From: Phaeosaccion multiseriatum
Lineage: Eukaryota; Protista; Ochrophyta, other classes
Assembly (NCBI GenBank): GCA_965112735.1
Contig: OZ218959.1
Location: 2,418,001-2,482,000 of the forward strand
Length of the DNA: 64,000 bases
Direction of reading: 5' to 3'
The notes below the pieces were generated by a model. That model saw nothing but the letters and a program-made list of their open reading frames with translations. It searched no databases and was not told the origin of the DNA. A program made the position numbers and the translations under genes. Shown here in pieces: positions 63,862 through 64,000 of this stretch. Position 1 is the stretch's first letter. Every line of letters begins with the position of its first letter.

Positions 63862-64000
63862 GTCGAGGGAATGGGACGCGGGAGAGAGAGAGGAAGGAAG
63901 ACGGAGAGGAGGCGAGGGAGAGGAGAGAGAGAGGGTGAGTGAAAGAGAGCGAGAGAGAGAGAGAAAGACAGAAGCGGCAGCAGAGGTGGCTTCAAGGCGG

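Overview
Eukaryotic, intron-rich, extremely microsatellite-rich genomic DNA. A stramenopile (ochrophyte-like) origin is an inference from the gene set and the Crypton type. Most ORFs in the supplied track are artefacts of simple repeats or of stop-free introns. Supportable genes, left to right: a PDZ-containing low-complexity protein (+); a full ABCC/MRP transporter (-); a Zn(II)2Cys6 transcription factor (+); an apparently intact, one-intron Crypton-type tyrosine-recombinase element with a C-terminal PHD-like finger and palindromic flanking sites (-); a UBA-RBR-ZZ E3 ligase (-); CCT4/TCP-1 delta (+), hosting three tandem box C/D snoRNA copies; a METTL21-like methyltransferase (-); REV1 (+); a small RING/zinc-ribbon/CaaX protein (-); a low-complexity hypothetical protein (+); and a long multi-exon LRR gene (-). 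The most unusual signal is a non-palindromic motif, (CAGCA)GTTGGTGATAC(AGCAG). It has 11 exact and about 10 near-exact copies on both strands, in exons in several reading frames as well as in introns and UTRs. A second motif, CCCATATGCC, is concentrated in introns near splice sites.
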